A DNA stretch of 64,000 nt. Source: a virus. The position numbers and the translations under genes were made by a program. The stretch lies in the IMG/VR virus record IMGVR_UViG_3300017917_003607, positions 47,692 to 111,691 of that record. One strand, 5' to 3'. The notes under the pieces are model-generated. The model worked only from the letters and a program-made list of their open reading frames with translations, ran no database searches and was not told the origin of the DNA. This document shows, piece by piece, positions 39,142 through 48,287 of this stretch; position 1 is the first letter of the stretch; each line of letters starts with the position of its first letter.

Positions 39142-39899
39142 TGATTTTAGAAAGTGTCTATTCGAGTGGAAAAACAGAAGACGCTCAATCTAAACGTGGT
39201 AAGAAACCAACAACAACCACAAATTATTTTGACGTAAGAGAGGAGAACGCAGTGGTGTTATTCCTCAATGCAGAGACAATTGAAGAAAGAAATAAAATAT
39301 ATAATGAGTACCTGAAAAAGCCAATCGAAAAGATGGTTTCTTCAATTATAAGAAGGTATAAATTATATAGAAAAGATATGTCTTTTGATGAAATTCTGAA
39401 CGACACTCATTCTTTTTTAATTACCAAGTCAGATAAATTTGTACCCGATAAGAATAAGAAAGCATATTCTTATTTTGGTACAATATGTAAAAACTATCTG
39501 ATGGGGCAAATAATAAAAGACCAAAAAGACATCAATAGAAAAGTTTCTTATGAGGACATTTCATCTAATTTGGAAAATAGACCTGACATGGTTTATTATA
39601 TAGAAAACGACGCGGTTGAGAGTGATAAAATAATTCAAGACTATATTGATATGTTAAAAGAATTCATATCCAACAGTAATCTAAATGAAAATGAGATAAA
39701 GTTGGGTGAAGCGTTATTACAACTATTTGAGACATACGATGAAATATTTGTTGCAAACGACAATAAAAAGTTTAATAAAAACTTAGTTTTGTTATCTCTA
39801 AGAGAGATGACAAATCTTTCAACGAAAGAAATCAGGATAAGTATGAAAAGATACAAAAAATTATACTTTGATTTCGTAAAAAAAATAGACCTTAGATAA
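39141..39899 (+). CDS. Late-transcription sigma factor (T4 gp55-like)
   Basis: NYF..., KFVPDKNKKAYSYFGTICKNYL region-2 motif typical of gp55-like phage sigmas; C-terminal helix-turn-helix-like LREMTNLSTKEI. Confidence 0.75.
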   Translation: MILESVYSSGKTEDAQSKRGKKPTTTTNYFDVREENAVVLFLNAETIEERNKIYNEYLKKPIEKMVSSIIRRYKLYRKDMSFDEILNDTHSFLITKSDKFVPDKNKKAYSYFGTICKNYLMGQIIKDQKDINRKVSYEDISSNLENRPDMVYYIENDAVESDKIIQDYIDMLKEFISNSNLNENEIKLGEALLQLFETYDEIFVANDNKKFNKNLVLLSLREMTNLSTKEIRISMKRYKKLYFDFVKKIDLR

Positions 39900-39911
39900 A
39901 AAAGGTCTTTT
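39887..39911 (+). terminator. Possible terminator closing the glycan/sigma operon
   Basis: AGACCTT-(8 nt)-AAGGTCT followed by TTT, just before the TATTTAT box at 39914. Confidence 0.4.
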
Positions 39912-39924
39912 AATATTTATAGAT

Positions 39925-40302
39925 ATGACTAGACCAAAAAAGAAAGAAATTCTTTTAAATAAAGAATCTATATTGTCTTTGATGCAGGAAATTTACAATG
40001 AACTTGTAGAACAGAGGTCAACGGCACTTAGAATTCAAAATAAAATGCTGTCTTTAATGAAAGACGCTTCAGATATGGCAGTAATTGGTCCTATCATAAA
40101 AGAACAACAAAAAATAATAAACGATACTGTCGAAAAAAAACTTAGTCTTTCTAAACTACAATCAACAATTTGGGAAAAGTCACAACAGAAGAATAACGAC
40201 GATAACTTTTCTATGTCAGATTTTGATGATAAATTAATTCAAGATTTATTAAACAAAGATATCTCAGATAGTAACATAGACGGTTATAAACTTAATAAGT
40301 AA
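39925..40302 (+). CDS. Coiled-coil hypothetical late protein
   Basis: 125 aa, helical; TATTTAT box 4 nt upstream. Confidence 0.7.
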   Translation: MTRPKKKEILLNKESILSLMQEIYNELVEQRSTALRIQNKMLSLMKDASDMAVIGPIIKEQQKIINDTVEKKLSLSKLQSTIWEKSQQKNNDDNFSMSDFDDKLIQDLLNKDISDSNIDGYKLNK

Positions 40303-40310
40303 TTAATTTT

Positions 40311-42512
40311 ATGCCAAATTCAAACGAGTCAGAAAAATCAAACGAAACGTCTCAACAATACAAGACTTTAAATAAGACAATTGATTCTTACAAAAAGGCT
40401 AAGAAAATTAATGAACAACAGAAACAGTTAAGAAAAAATCCACAAAATACAAATAGTGAGACCTCAAAAGAAATAGAAAACGTTGAGAAAAAAACTAAGA
40501 AAAAAGTGGAGTTATATACAGAAAAGGTAAAAGAGTTTCCTAAAAATTTTAAATCTAATTCTAAAAATCAATTACAAGAATTAATTGATACATATATTAC
40601 ATCAAATTTTGATAATAGTTTACAAGGTAAAAGCACAGGTACCGACACAAAAAAAATTAAAGAACTTAAAGACAAAGAAAAAAAAATAGATAAGGAACTT
40701 GGTAACGCAATCATTACTAAAAATGTACCTGAAGAAAAAAGATTACGAACAGAATTAGAAGACACAAAAAAACAAATAAGAAAAGCCGAATTAAGTTTGG
40801 CAAAAACAAATATTGCAAACGACTCTATTTCAACACTGAAAAATACAATGATTCAGACTGTAAATAGAACCAAAGACGAGTTAAAAAAAATATTAGAGAC
40901 CGAATATGTTAGCGCATTAGGTTGTTCTCAAGAACAGACATACTTAGCAAAAGACTTTTATATTAAAGTAAAAAGTATCGATATTTTTGGAAAAACTTTA
41001 CAGCAAAACCCAAATCAAGTACCAGGGAAATATGTTTATGAATTTAAGCAATTTTCACCAACATCAATACCAAGGTCATTCAACAGAGAATTATGGAATA
41101 GAATACAAAACACAGAATCATACAGTGAAGAATATGTTGGTTCATATATTGGTGCTTCAGGTCAAGAACTATTTGATATAAAATTTGTAATAAATCCATC
41201 ACCTACTTTACAAGGAGAATACTTCAAAGTATCCCTAAAAGATAGAGTCGGTGGAAACACGGTAACTGAGTTTCTGTCTGACTACCTGAATACGATTGAC
41301 ATTTTAAATTTTAACGAATTATTTGCAAATGTGTTGAATCTATTAATTGGTTCTGTAAACATGAAAAATGCAATTGGGTACGACGAATTAAAAACTCAAA
41401 CTAAATTTGAGAAATTAATTCAAAGAGTGCTGGGTTTATGTTTTGATAACAAGGAAGAGGTTGATGTTTCAGGCACTGGTAAGTTAGATTCCTCTAATCA
41501 AATTGATGATAGTTTTTTTGAACTTAGTGAAGAAGATTTAGTCGAAATTGAAAATAAAGTTAAAAACATACAAGAAAAAGTAATACAGTATAGAGATTGT
41601 GGTTCTTTGTCATTACCTGTTAATGTTGATGGCTCATTGTCATTATTAGATGATTTCTTAATTGTAGATATTGATGCAACTTTAGCGGATAAAGCAGCTC
41701 AAAATCTTCTTGATGGGTTAGCAAATAATGCAGATTGGAAAATCAATTATCCACAATTTGATTTTTCCAATATAATCAATAAACAATTCATAGAGTTATT
41801 ACCAATAGCAGTTATGAATAGTGTTTTATCACCAAAACACTTATTCCCGTTGATGGTTATGGCCAAAGCATTACAAAAAGAATATGTTGATAATATAGAA
41901 AATACTGAAGATTTTTTCAGAGAGTTTAGAAAAATGGTTATAAACATATCATCTAATATTCAAGCAATTTTTGTAAAACAATTATTTTTGGCCATCAAAC
42001 AAAATCTCAGAACTCTCATGAGGAGTATTGTCCAACAACAAGTTTCTGAAATTTTGTCTAAAGAACAAAAATTATACTTGGCGGGTATTAACATTGCACT
42101 ACAAGCATTATCTGCAATTAGAGACTTCAGAAGATGTAAAAACGTATTAGACCAATTATTTAATGTGGTAAATTTGAGTATTGCTTTAAGAAACGCACTA
42201 AAGGGTAGACAAGGTAAACCATCAGGACCTATTCCCGCAATATTAAATTACGTATCCGCGGCTAGTAAGCCAGGAATGAGTCCTACCAGTATTTTAACAA
42301 AATTTATTAATAAAATGGAAGAAACTGGTGTACCCACGGGAGATATGCCAAGTGGAAAACCAAATATTGGACTTATTTTGACCAAAAGTTTTAACGACGC
42401 ATTATTAGAAGAGTTGACTGAGAATGGTTATTCTCAAACAACAATTACTGCGGTTGAGGTTGCGGACATTTCGGCTAAAGGATTTACAAGTGTAAAAGGA
42501 AACGTTTTATAA
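40311..42512 (+). CDS. Large hypothetical protein (baseplate-region structural candidate)
   Basis: 733 aa, Lys-rich coiled-coil N-terminus; co-transcribed with the spike gene. Confidence 0.7.
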   Translation: MPNSNESEKSNETSQQYKTLNKTIDSYKKAKKINEQQKQLRKNPQNTNSETSKEIENVEKKTKKKVELYTEKVKEFPKNFKSNSKNQLQELIDTYITSNFDNSLQGKSTGTDTKKIKELKDKEKKIDKELGNAIITKNVPEEKRLRTELEDTKKQIRKAELSLAKTNIANDSISTLKNTMIQTVNRTKDELKKILETEYVSALGCSQEQTYLAKDFYIKVKSIDIFGKTLQQNPNQVPGKYVYEFKQFSPTSIPRSFNRELWNRIQNTESYSEEYVGSYIGASGQELFDIKFVINPSPTLQGEYFKVSLKDRVGGNTVTEFLSDYLNTIDILNFNELFANVLNLLIGSVNMKNAIGYDELKTQTKFEKLIQRVLGLCFDNKEEVDVSGTGKLDSSNQIDDSFFELSEEDLVEIENKVKNIQEKVIQYRDCGSLSLPVNVDGSLSLLDDFLIVDIDATLADKAAQNLLDGLANNADWKINYPQFDFSNIINKQFIELLPIAVMNSVLSPKHLFPLMVMAKALQKEYVDNIENTEDFFREFRKMVINISSNIQAIFVKQLFLAIKQNLRTLMRSIVQQQVSEILSKEQKLYLAGINIALQALSAIRDFRRCKNVLDQLFNVVNLSIALRNALKGRQGKPSGPIPAILNYVSAASKPGMSPTSILTKFINKMEETGVPTGDMPSGKPNIGLILTKSFNDALLEELTENGYSQTTITAVEVADISAKGFTSVKGNVL

Positions 42513-42513
42513 A

Positions 42514-42711
42514 ATGGATATAGAAAAAATTGAAAAAATAATATTGGAGCCAAGTTCTTATTCAAACCAAGAACTCATGCAATGTATGGATATATTATCA
42601 GAAGAACATGAAAAGGTTAAAGAAGATATTATCAAATATACCTATCAATTAGATAAATTAGAATTATCCTACAACAAATTACTAAACGAATATAAAGAGA
42701 GGACTAAATAA
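42514..42711 (+). CDS. Small coiled-coil hypothetical protein
   Basis: 65 aa, tightly coupled on both sides. Confidence 0.65.
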   Translation: MDIEKIEKIILEPSSYSNQELMQCMDILSEEHEKVKEDIIKYTYQLDKLELSYNKLLNEYKERTK

Positions 42712-44267
42712 TGATTGGTAACAATTATCAGGATTTGCCAAAAAAATACACACAGATATTCAATTTTGGTAAAGTTATAGACAACAAAGACCCTATGAAT
42801 TTAGGTCGTGTTAGATTAGAGGTGGTTCCATGGCAAAACCAAGATGTTATCAACGCATTTAAAAATCCAGTCACGGGTCAGGCTCTACAAGAAAAAGATT
42901 ATTGGACTGATATTGACCCATTGGTCTTTATGCCATTACTACCTCAATTCTTTAGTCAAGTTCCACAAGAGGGGGAGTTTGTTCATGTTGCGTTTTATAA
43001 CACGGATTTACAAGATAGAAACAGATACTACATACAAGGTATGTTCTCAAGTCCAAACGAACTTAAAGGAGAACCTTACGATTCTTCAGTTGCATTTACT
43101 TCTAAGGGTGAAAGAAACAAACTACCTAAAGATTTAAGAACCAAAGATGGAAAAATTATAAATTCAGAACAATCTGGTCTTTATCCTGAACTAAATGTTA
43201 CAGGTATACTTGGTAGATATAATTCGGACATGTTGTTACCACCAAATGCAGCAATGTTAAGAGTTAATAAACTGAATGACTCAAACTCTGGTTCCCCTAC
43301 TTTCAACAAGAAATTTTCTATGATTGGATTACAAAAATTCGACACAAGAAAAGTTGACAATGGTACTGATACTTTTATTGAAAGAGGTCAAATTGTTCAG
43401 AAAATAAAATACCTTATTGAATATGATGTTAACGGAGGTGTTGGTAGTTTGCTTGGTAAATTTTCCGCATCCGTAAGAATATATAAAATATCTGAGTACA
43501 AACCAGTTTATTCAACAAGTGCGGAAGATGGTTTTTATACATTTCCTGAAGAAAGTAAAATCGGTCCAATATACCAAAAAGATTATACTTTTGATAGTAA
43601 AGATGATATAATAAATGGTATTAATAACATTATTTCAAACTTCAATAGTGGTAACTTTACTTTGAATCCGTCGGGCTCAACAGTTAGTGATACTTTCCCT
43701 TTTGTTTTTCAACCAACAAAAAAAATGTATGATATTTGGTTACTAAACACGGAGTCCACAATTACCGAAATCACCAATGTGACTGAGTTTATACAAAAAA
43801 TATATCTAAACAAACAAGATGCAACAAGAGGTTATGGATATGTATCGGAACAAGATAGAATTGGTCCTGTTTTTTCTTCTAATAGATATAAAATACCTAA
43901 AGTTACTTACGAAGCGAACCCAATTACTTATGGTATTAATGTTGCAAATACTTTTTTTATATTGTCTCATGACAGTCAAATAGGTGTTAATAAAATTGAT
44001 TTTGATTTAATTAATTTTTCTGGTAATACAATACCGCAACAATTCATCGATGATTTTATTATGCCAAACACCAACTCAATGGTTAGAGGGGAACAATTGA
44101 TGAGTTTTTTAGAATTAATTGTGAGATTCTTAATCTCTCATGTACATCCATATCACGGTATGGCTCCTGACTCTCAGGGTTTAGATGGGACTTTGACCGA
44201 AACATTACTTACAAAATTATTTGATGCTGATAGTAAGATTTTAAATAAAAACTTACGCATTAACTAA
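42711..44267 (+). CDS. Baseplate hub/central spike (gp5/VgrG-like OB-fold plus HxH tip)
   Basis: GKVIDNKDPMNLGRVRL...PLLP...VPQEGEFV OB-fold; C-terminal VRGEQL...SHVHPYHG. Confidence 0.75.
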   Translation: MIGNNYQDLPKKYTQIFNFGKVIDNKDPMNLGRVRLEVVPWQNQDVINAFKNPVTGQALQEKDYWTDIDPLVFMPLLPQFFSQVPQEGEFVHVAFYNTDLQDRNRYYIQGMFSSPNELKGEPYDSSVAFTSKGERNKLPKDLRTKDGKIINSEQSGLYPELNVTGILGRYNSDMLLPPNAAMLRVNKLNDSNSGSPTFNKKFSMIGLQKFDTRKVDNGTDTFIERGQIVQKIKYLIEYDVNGGVGSLLGKFSASVRIYKISEYKPVYSTSAEDGFYTFPEESKIGPIYQKDYTFDSKDDIINGINNIISNFNSGNFTLNPSGSTVSDTFPFVFQPTKKMYDIWLLNTESTITEITNVTEFIQKIYLNKQDATRGYGYVSEQDRIGPVFSSNRYKIPKVTYEANPITYGINVANTFFILSHDSQIGVNKIDFDLINFSGNTIPQQFIDDFIMPNTNSMVRGEQLMSFLELIVRFLISHVHPYHGMAPDSQGLDGTLTETLLTKLFDADSKILNKNLRIN

Positions 44268-44279
44268 TATTTATAGTTA

Positions 44280-45773
44280 ATGTCTATACACAAATCATAT
44301 CTAAATAGAAATAATACAATTATTTATAATAGTTCTACAAACACAGGACAAAATCCTGTTACAGAACTTTTTTTTGGTAGGGTAGATAATACACTATCAA
44401 CGCCAGGATTTTCAAGATTCATATTCAATATAGATTTAACAGAACTTACAAACAAAATATCTTCAGGTGTAATATACACAGGAAGTCCAATGACACACGT
44501 ATTCAAAATGACCAATACAATTATGTATAATTATGAATTACTGAATACAACAACATCAGATGGTAGAAAAAGAGCAACAGGTTTTAATTTAAATTTACAT
44601 AGAATACCTAAATATAACCTTACAGGTTCTTCTCAAAATTGGGACGAAGGTGTTGGATATGATTATTACGATAATTCAAACATCAACTCTTCTAATGCAA
44701 GTTTAAGTTCACAAAACTATAGAGACAACGACAAATCTTACTCCAATAGACCATCTAATTGGACAAAAGCAACAACAATTAGTGGGTGGAGTGAATCAGG
44801 AATATATAACAACATAAACAGTGGTAGTTCTGTAAATTATTCAGCACTAACTTTGGTGGATACTCAATATTTTGAATTTGGAAATGAAAATATTGAGTTT
44901 GATATGACTAACGAAATAAATAGTATTTTAACAGGTGGGACTACAGGGGTTACTGGTTACATAATATCTTTTGACCCAGAACTAGAAAATATAACAGGAC
45001 TTACAGAAAATTATTCCGTTGGTTTTTTTACTCGCCACACACAAACTTTTTATGAACCATTTTTGGAAACATCATATGATGATTTAATTTTAGATAATAG
45101 AACAAGTTTTTTTGAAAAGAAAATAAATAAGTTATATCTATATTCATATATTGATGGGGTACCAACTAATTTAGATTTTAACCCTACAGTTACGATAGAA
45201 GACTCGAATGGTGATATACCTACAAACTGCACAGGATTAACTACAACATTGAGGACTGAGGGTATTTATGAGGTTTCAGTACCACCAATTACTGGTTATA
45301 CAACCCCATGTCAATTCAGTGATATTTGGAGTGGATGTACTTTGAATGGTATAAGTATTGGTAACATAACAAATGAATTTGTTTTAAGACCATACGGTGA
45401 GTATTATCAAATAGGGATTAATTCTAAAGACCCTCAGACATACGGATTTACTTTTTCAGGAATAAAACAAGATGAGAAAATTATTAATACAGACCTAAGG
45501 AAGGTTGTATTACAAATTAAACAAGCGTATACATCCAACGTAGTTTACCCCAATTTTAAAGCTTACTATAGAATCTTTGTTAAAGAAGGTAAAACAGAGG
45601 TTAACGTACAAGATTGGACAAGAATAAATCAAACATCAAATGAATATTATTTTATGTTTGACACTAAAGACAAAATACCAAATGAATATTTTGTCGATAT
45701 TAAAGTATTAACTTCAGGTGAGGTAGATATTTATAAAAGACAACTAAAATTTCAAATAGTTAATCAAAAATGA
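44280..45773 (+). CDS. Virion structural protein (Ser/Thr-rich, beta-sandwich domains)
   Basis: SRFIFNID, WDEGVG, FFTRHT, YEPFLE; TATTTAT box 5 nt upstream. Confidence 0.7.
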   Translation: MSIHKSYLNRNNTIIYNSSTNTGQNPVTELFFGRVDNTLSTPGFSRFIFNIDLTELTNKISSGVIYTGSPMTHVFKMTNTIMYNYELLNTTTSDGRKRATGFNLNLHRIPKYNLTGSSQNWDEGVGYDYYDNSNINSSNASLSSQNYRDNDKSYSNRPSNWTKATTISGWSESGIYNNINSGSSVNYSALTLVDTQYFEFGNENIEFDMTNEINSILTGGTTGVTGYIISFDPELENITGLTENYSVGFFTRHTQTFYEPFLETSYDDLILDNRTSFFEKKINKLYLYSYIDGVPTNLDFNPTVTIEDSNGDIPTNCTGLTTTLRTEGIYEVSVPPITGYTTPCQFSDIWSGCTLNGISIGNITNEFVLRPYGEYYQIGINSKDPQTYGFTFSGIKQDEKIINTDLRKVVLQIKQAYTSNVVYPNFKAYYRIFVKEGKTEVNVQDWTRINQTSNEYYFMFDTKDKIPNEYFVDIKVLTSGEVDIYKRQLKFQIVNQK

Positions 45774-46510
45774 AAAAACAAATATTAAAAGAGTATGTTG
45801 ACGCTTGGTCAATGATTGGAAACTTTTTAGGTGATTTAGCACTACAAACCGCTGGTGCTGCAGACGTGTTAGGTGACCCAATAGTAATTGCCGCTTTGGT
45901 AAAAAACTTTAAAGAATTAAATGATAGTCTTGATAGATTTGAAGATTTAAAATCTAAACTATTAGGTCCTGAAATGGAATTAAATTATGAGAACCTAAAA
46001 GAAGAGATGTATGATATTAGAGAAGATTTAGAAGTAGACATTATTGACACATTTCAAAGATTGATAGAACTAACGCCTACAAGTGTTGCTGGTTCAGTAT
46101 CGTCATTAGCCGCAGGACTTCCACCACTTGTCACAAAATTAACCTTGAGTACAATTGTTGACCATATACATAGTATTGTACCAAAAGACTTGGATTTTCC
46201 TTTGGTTGGTACATTAACAGATTCTTTAAGGGCGATTTATTTTATTGATAATATCGAGAAAGTTCAACAAGAAATCAAACCACTACACGATGACCCTGAG
46301 GTTTTTTCAAAAGAAGTTATTGAAAGATTGATGGTACATGAAGGTAGAAAAAAGAGTGGAACTAAGTTATGTTCTCGTGGTAAATCAGCGGCAAAGTCTA
46401 AATTTGACGTATACCCTAGCGCGTATGCCAACGGATATGCAATTCAAGTTTGTAAAGGTAAGATTAAGGGTTTAGATGGTAAGAAAAGGTGTTCTCCACC
46501 ATATTGTTAA
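45770..46510 (+). CDS. Hypothetical protein with a C-terminal basic 'AAKSKFDVYPSAYAN' (DUF5872-like) module
   Basis: Acidic helical body, then VHE|GRKKSGTKLCSRGKSAAKSKFDVYPSAYANGYAIQVCKG. Confidence 0.7.
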   Translation: MKKQILKEYVDAWSMIGNFLGDLALQTAGAADVLGDPIVIAALVKNFKELNDSLDRFEDLKSKLLGPEMELNYENLKEEMYDIREDLEVDIIDTFQRLIELTPTSVAGSVSSLAAGLPPLVTKLTLSTIVDHIHSIVPKDLDFPLVGTLTDSLRAIYFIDNIEKVQQEIKPLHDDPEVFSKEVIERLMVHEGRKKSGTKLCSRGKSAAKSKFDVYPSAYANGYAIQVCKGKIKGLDGKKRCSPPYC

Positions 46511-47982
46511 TCCTTTGGTTCTTGATATAGATTATCTAATTCTTTAAACTTTTTAAAGGAGTATCTGGTAAATTTACCAATTATTTCCATAAATTTACCG
46601 TACAAATCATATCTATCAAATAAATTCATAATTTTATTTGAGGTTACTATATCGTTTTTCTCATCATAAAAAATTAACCCGTCAGGTCCTGGATATCTTC
46701 CACCTAAATAATTTTCACCAGGTCTGTTTATGTAAATTCCAAACTTTTCTGAACCTAATTTATCCTGTAATTCTTTATTTTTTATTATTAGATAAGCTAA
46801 AGAACCCATCCTATTATGTTTTTTAAACATGGTATCATCCAATGATGACGTGCACCATTTGGTATTTGCACCGTATTTACAAGACGCTGTGTGAGTTAAT
46901 GGAACAACCAATAAGAAGTTGTTGTCTTCGTACAATTTTTCCCTCTCATATGGTTCTATTTTGAATTTCTCTGCAATAACTACTTTATTAATCAAACTCT
47001 CTTTTCTTGGTTTGTACGAAGTCATTACAGGTTTTTGTCCCTTACCTCTCTGAGCGTCTTTTTTCTCAGCTCTTCTTTTCTGTGCACAGGCCGCTTTTTT
47101 CTGAGATGCTGACATTTTGCCCGCTACTCCAGCCGCTCTACATTTCGGATATGCACCTTTAGAAGTGTCGGGTCTTCCACAAGGGGGGTGTTTACCATTA
47201 ACCTTTCTACATATATTAACCCATGGACCTTTAGGTTGTTTACTACCCTTTGGTTTTTTCTTTGTACCAAACCAAACTGCTAAATCCTCAACAAGTGTTT
47301 TCTTATCATATTTACTTTCACTTGCCACATGTACGTAATGTGTTGGTATATCATATTTTCCATCTTTTCCCTTTTCCCACATTCCAACAACTTTTTTTAT
47401 ATTATTTTTTAATGTTTTATTTTTTTTATCATCATTTGATTTATGAGTCGAGGTTTCAGTAAAAGGTGATAATTCAGATGGTCTCCATTTTTTTAAACCT
47501 AATTCTGTTGGCCCTGTGTAGATACCCGAAGTAACTGAAGTATGTGTGGCCTCTTCAATGACATTTGAATTAACTTTCACATATTTAATTAAGGATTTAA
47601 TTTTTTTTATAGTTTCAGAAACATTACTATTAGCACCTGATGAATTTATACTTGTTCTTCCACCGCCTAAACCGTCATCATCTTGATTTTGTCGTTTCTT
47701 TTTTAGTTCCTTAGATATTTTAATGGCAATATGTTCTTTTGTTTTTATATTTTTACTATCCATAATACCATCATAACTATCGTACTGTAATTCTGCACTA
47801 ACATAATCAGAAACAGGTTCAATAAACGGACCCAATGAAGACTCGTCCCACGATTTTAAACCTGGAACAATTGGTACTTTATACGAACCAGACCCTAGTG
47901 TTGATGTTGTTTCATTGATGTTATCCCATAGGACGATATCTTCAGATATTATCTTATCTAATGTAACTTTATTTTTTGACAT
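46507..47982 (-). CDS. Multimodular hypothetical protein (duplicated module + DUF5872-like Cys/basic module + 'ASCKYGANTKWC' domain)
   Basis: Two copies of T.S..SG.Y..P...GLK.W..S.L.PF.E; DLAVWFG...PWVNIC...CGR...YPKC; PLTHTASCKYGANTKWCT. Confidence 0.75.
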   Translation of the reverse strand: MSKNKVTLDKIISEDIVLWDNINETTSTLGSGSYKVPIVPGLKSWDESSLGPFIEPVSDYVSAELQYDSYDGIMDSKNIKTKEHIAIKISKELKKKRQNQDDDGLGGGRTSINSSGANSNVSETIKKIKSLIKYVKVNSNVIEEATHTSVTSGIYTGPTELGLKKWRPSELSPFTETSTHKSNDDKKNKTLKNNIKKVVGMWEKGKDGKYDIPTHYVHVASESKYDKKTLVEDLAVWFGTKKKPKGSKQPKGPWVNICRKVNGKHPPCGRPDTSKGAYPKCRAAGVAGKMSASQKKAACAQKRRAEKKDAQRGKGQKPVMTSYKPRKESLINKVVIAEKFKIEPYEREKLYEDNNFLLVVPLTHTASCKYGANTKWCTSSLDDTMFKKHNRMGSLAYLIIKNKELQDKLGSEKFGIYINRPGENYLGGRYPGPDGLIFYDEKNDIVTSNKIMNLFDRYDLYGKFMEIIGKFTRYSFKKFKELDNLYQEPKD

Positions 47983-48018
47983 TTAGAATTATTTTTTATA
48001 TATATAAATATTTGAAAA

Positions 48019-48255
48019 ATGATAAATAACAACAAAAAACTTTTTGATATGTTGAGTTATTCAACTAATGAAGAATTAGACCATATTATATCTTCATTGG
48101 GTCAAGAACAATCTTTATTTTTTATGACATTAGCGATTAAATCAGCGTTTAACAGAAACGCATTCACAATGGAAGAAACTGAGTTAATATCAAAATGTTT
48201 ACGAGTCTTACAATCACCAAATCAGGAAATAACTGAAAATAAAAAAGGGGACTAA
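48019..48255 (+). CDS. Small hypothetical protein
   Basis: 78-aa ORF filling the gap and ending in a bidirectional terminator. Confidence 0.6.
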   Translation: MINNNKKLFDMLSYSTNEELDHIISSLGQEQSLFFMTLAIKSAFNRNAFTMEETELISKCLRVLQSPNQEITENKKGD

Positions 48256-48268
48256 AGTCCCCTTTTTT
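48241..48268. terminator. Bidirectional rho-independent terminator (after the major capsid gene)
   Basis: AAAAAAGGGGACT-AA-AGTCCCCTTTTTT. Confidence 0.9.
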
Positions 48269-48287
48269 ATTATTGGATTATGTTAGA

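Noticed and set aside
21198-39899. Glycan cluster as mis-assembled host (bacterial O-antigen) DNA
   Set aside because: It is interleaved and translationally coupled with phage-type dut, exonuclease, phoH and gp55-like genes, and it lacks flippase, polymerase or export genes.
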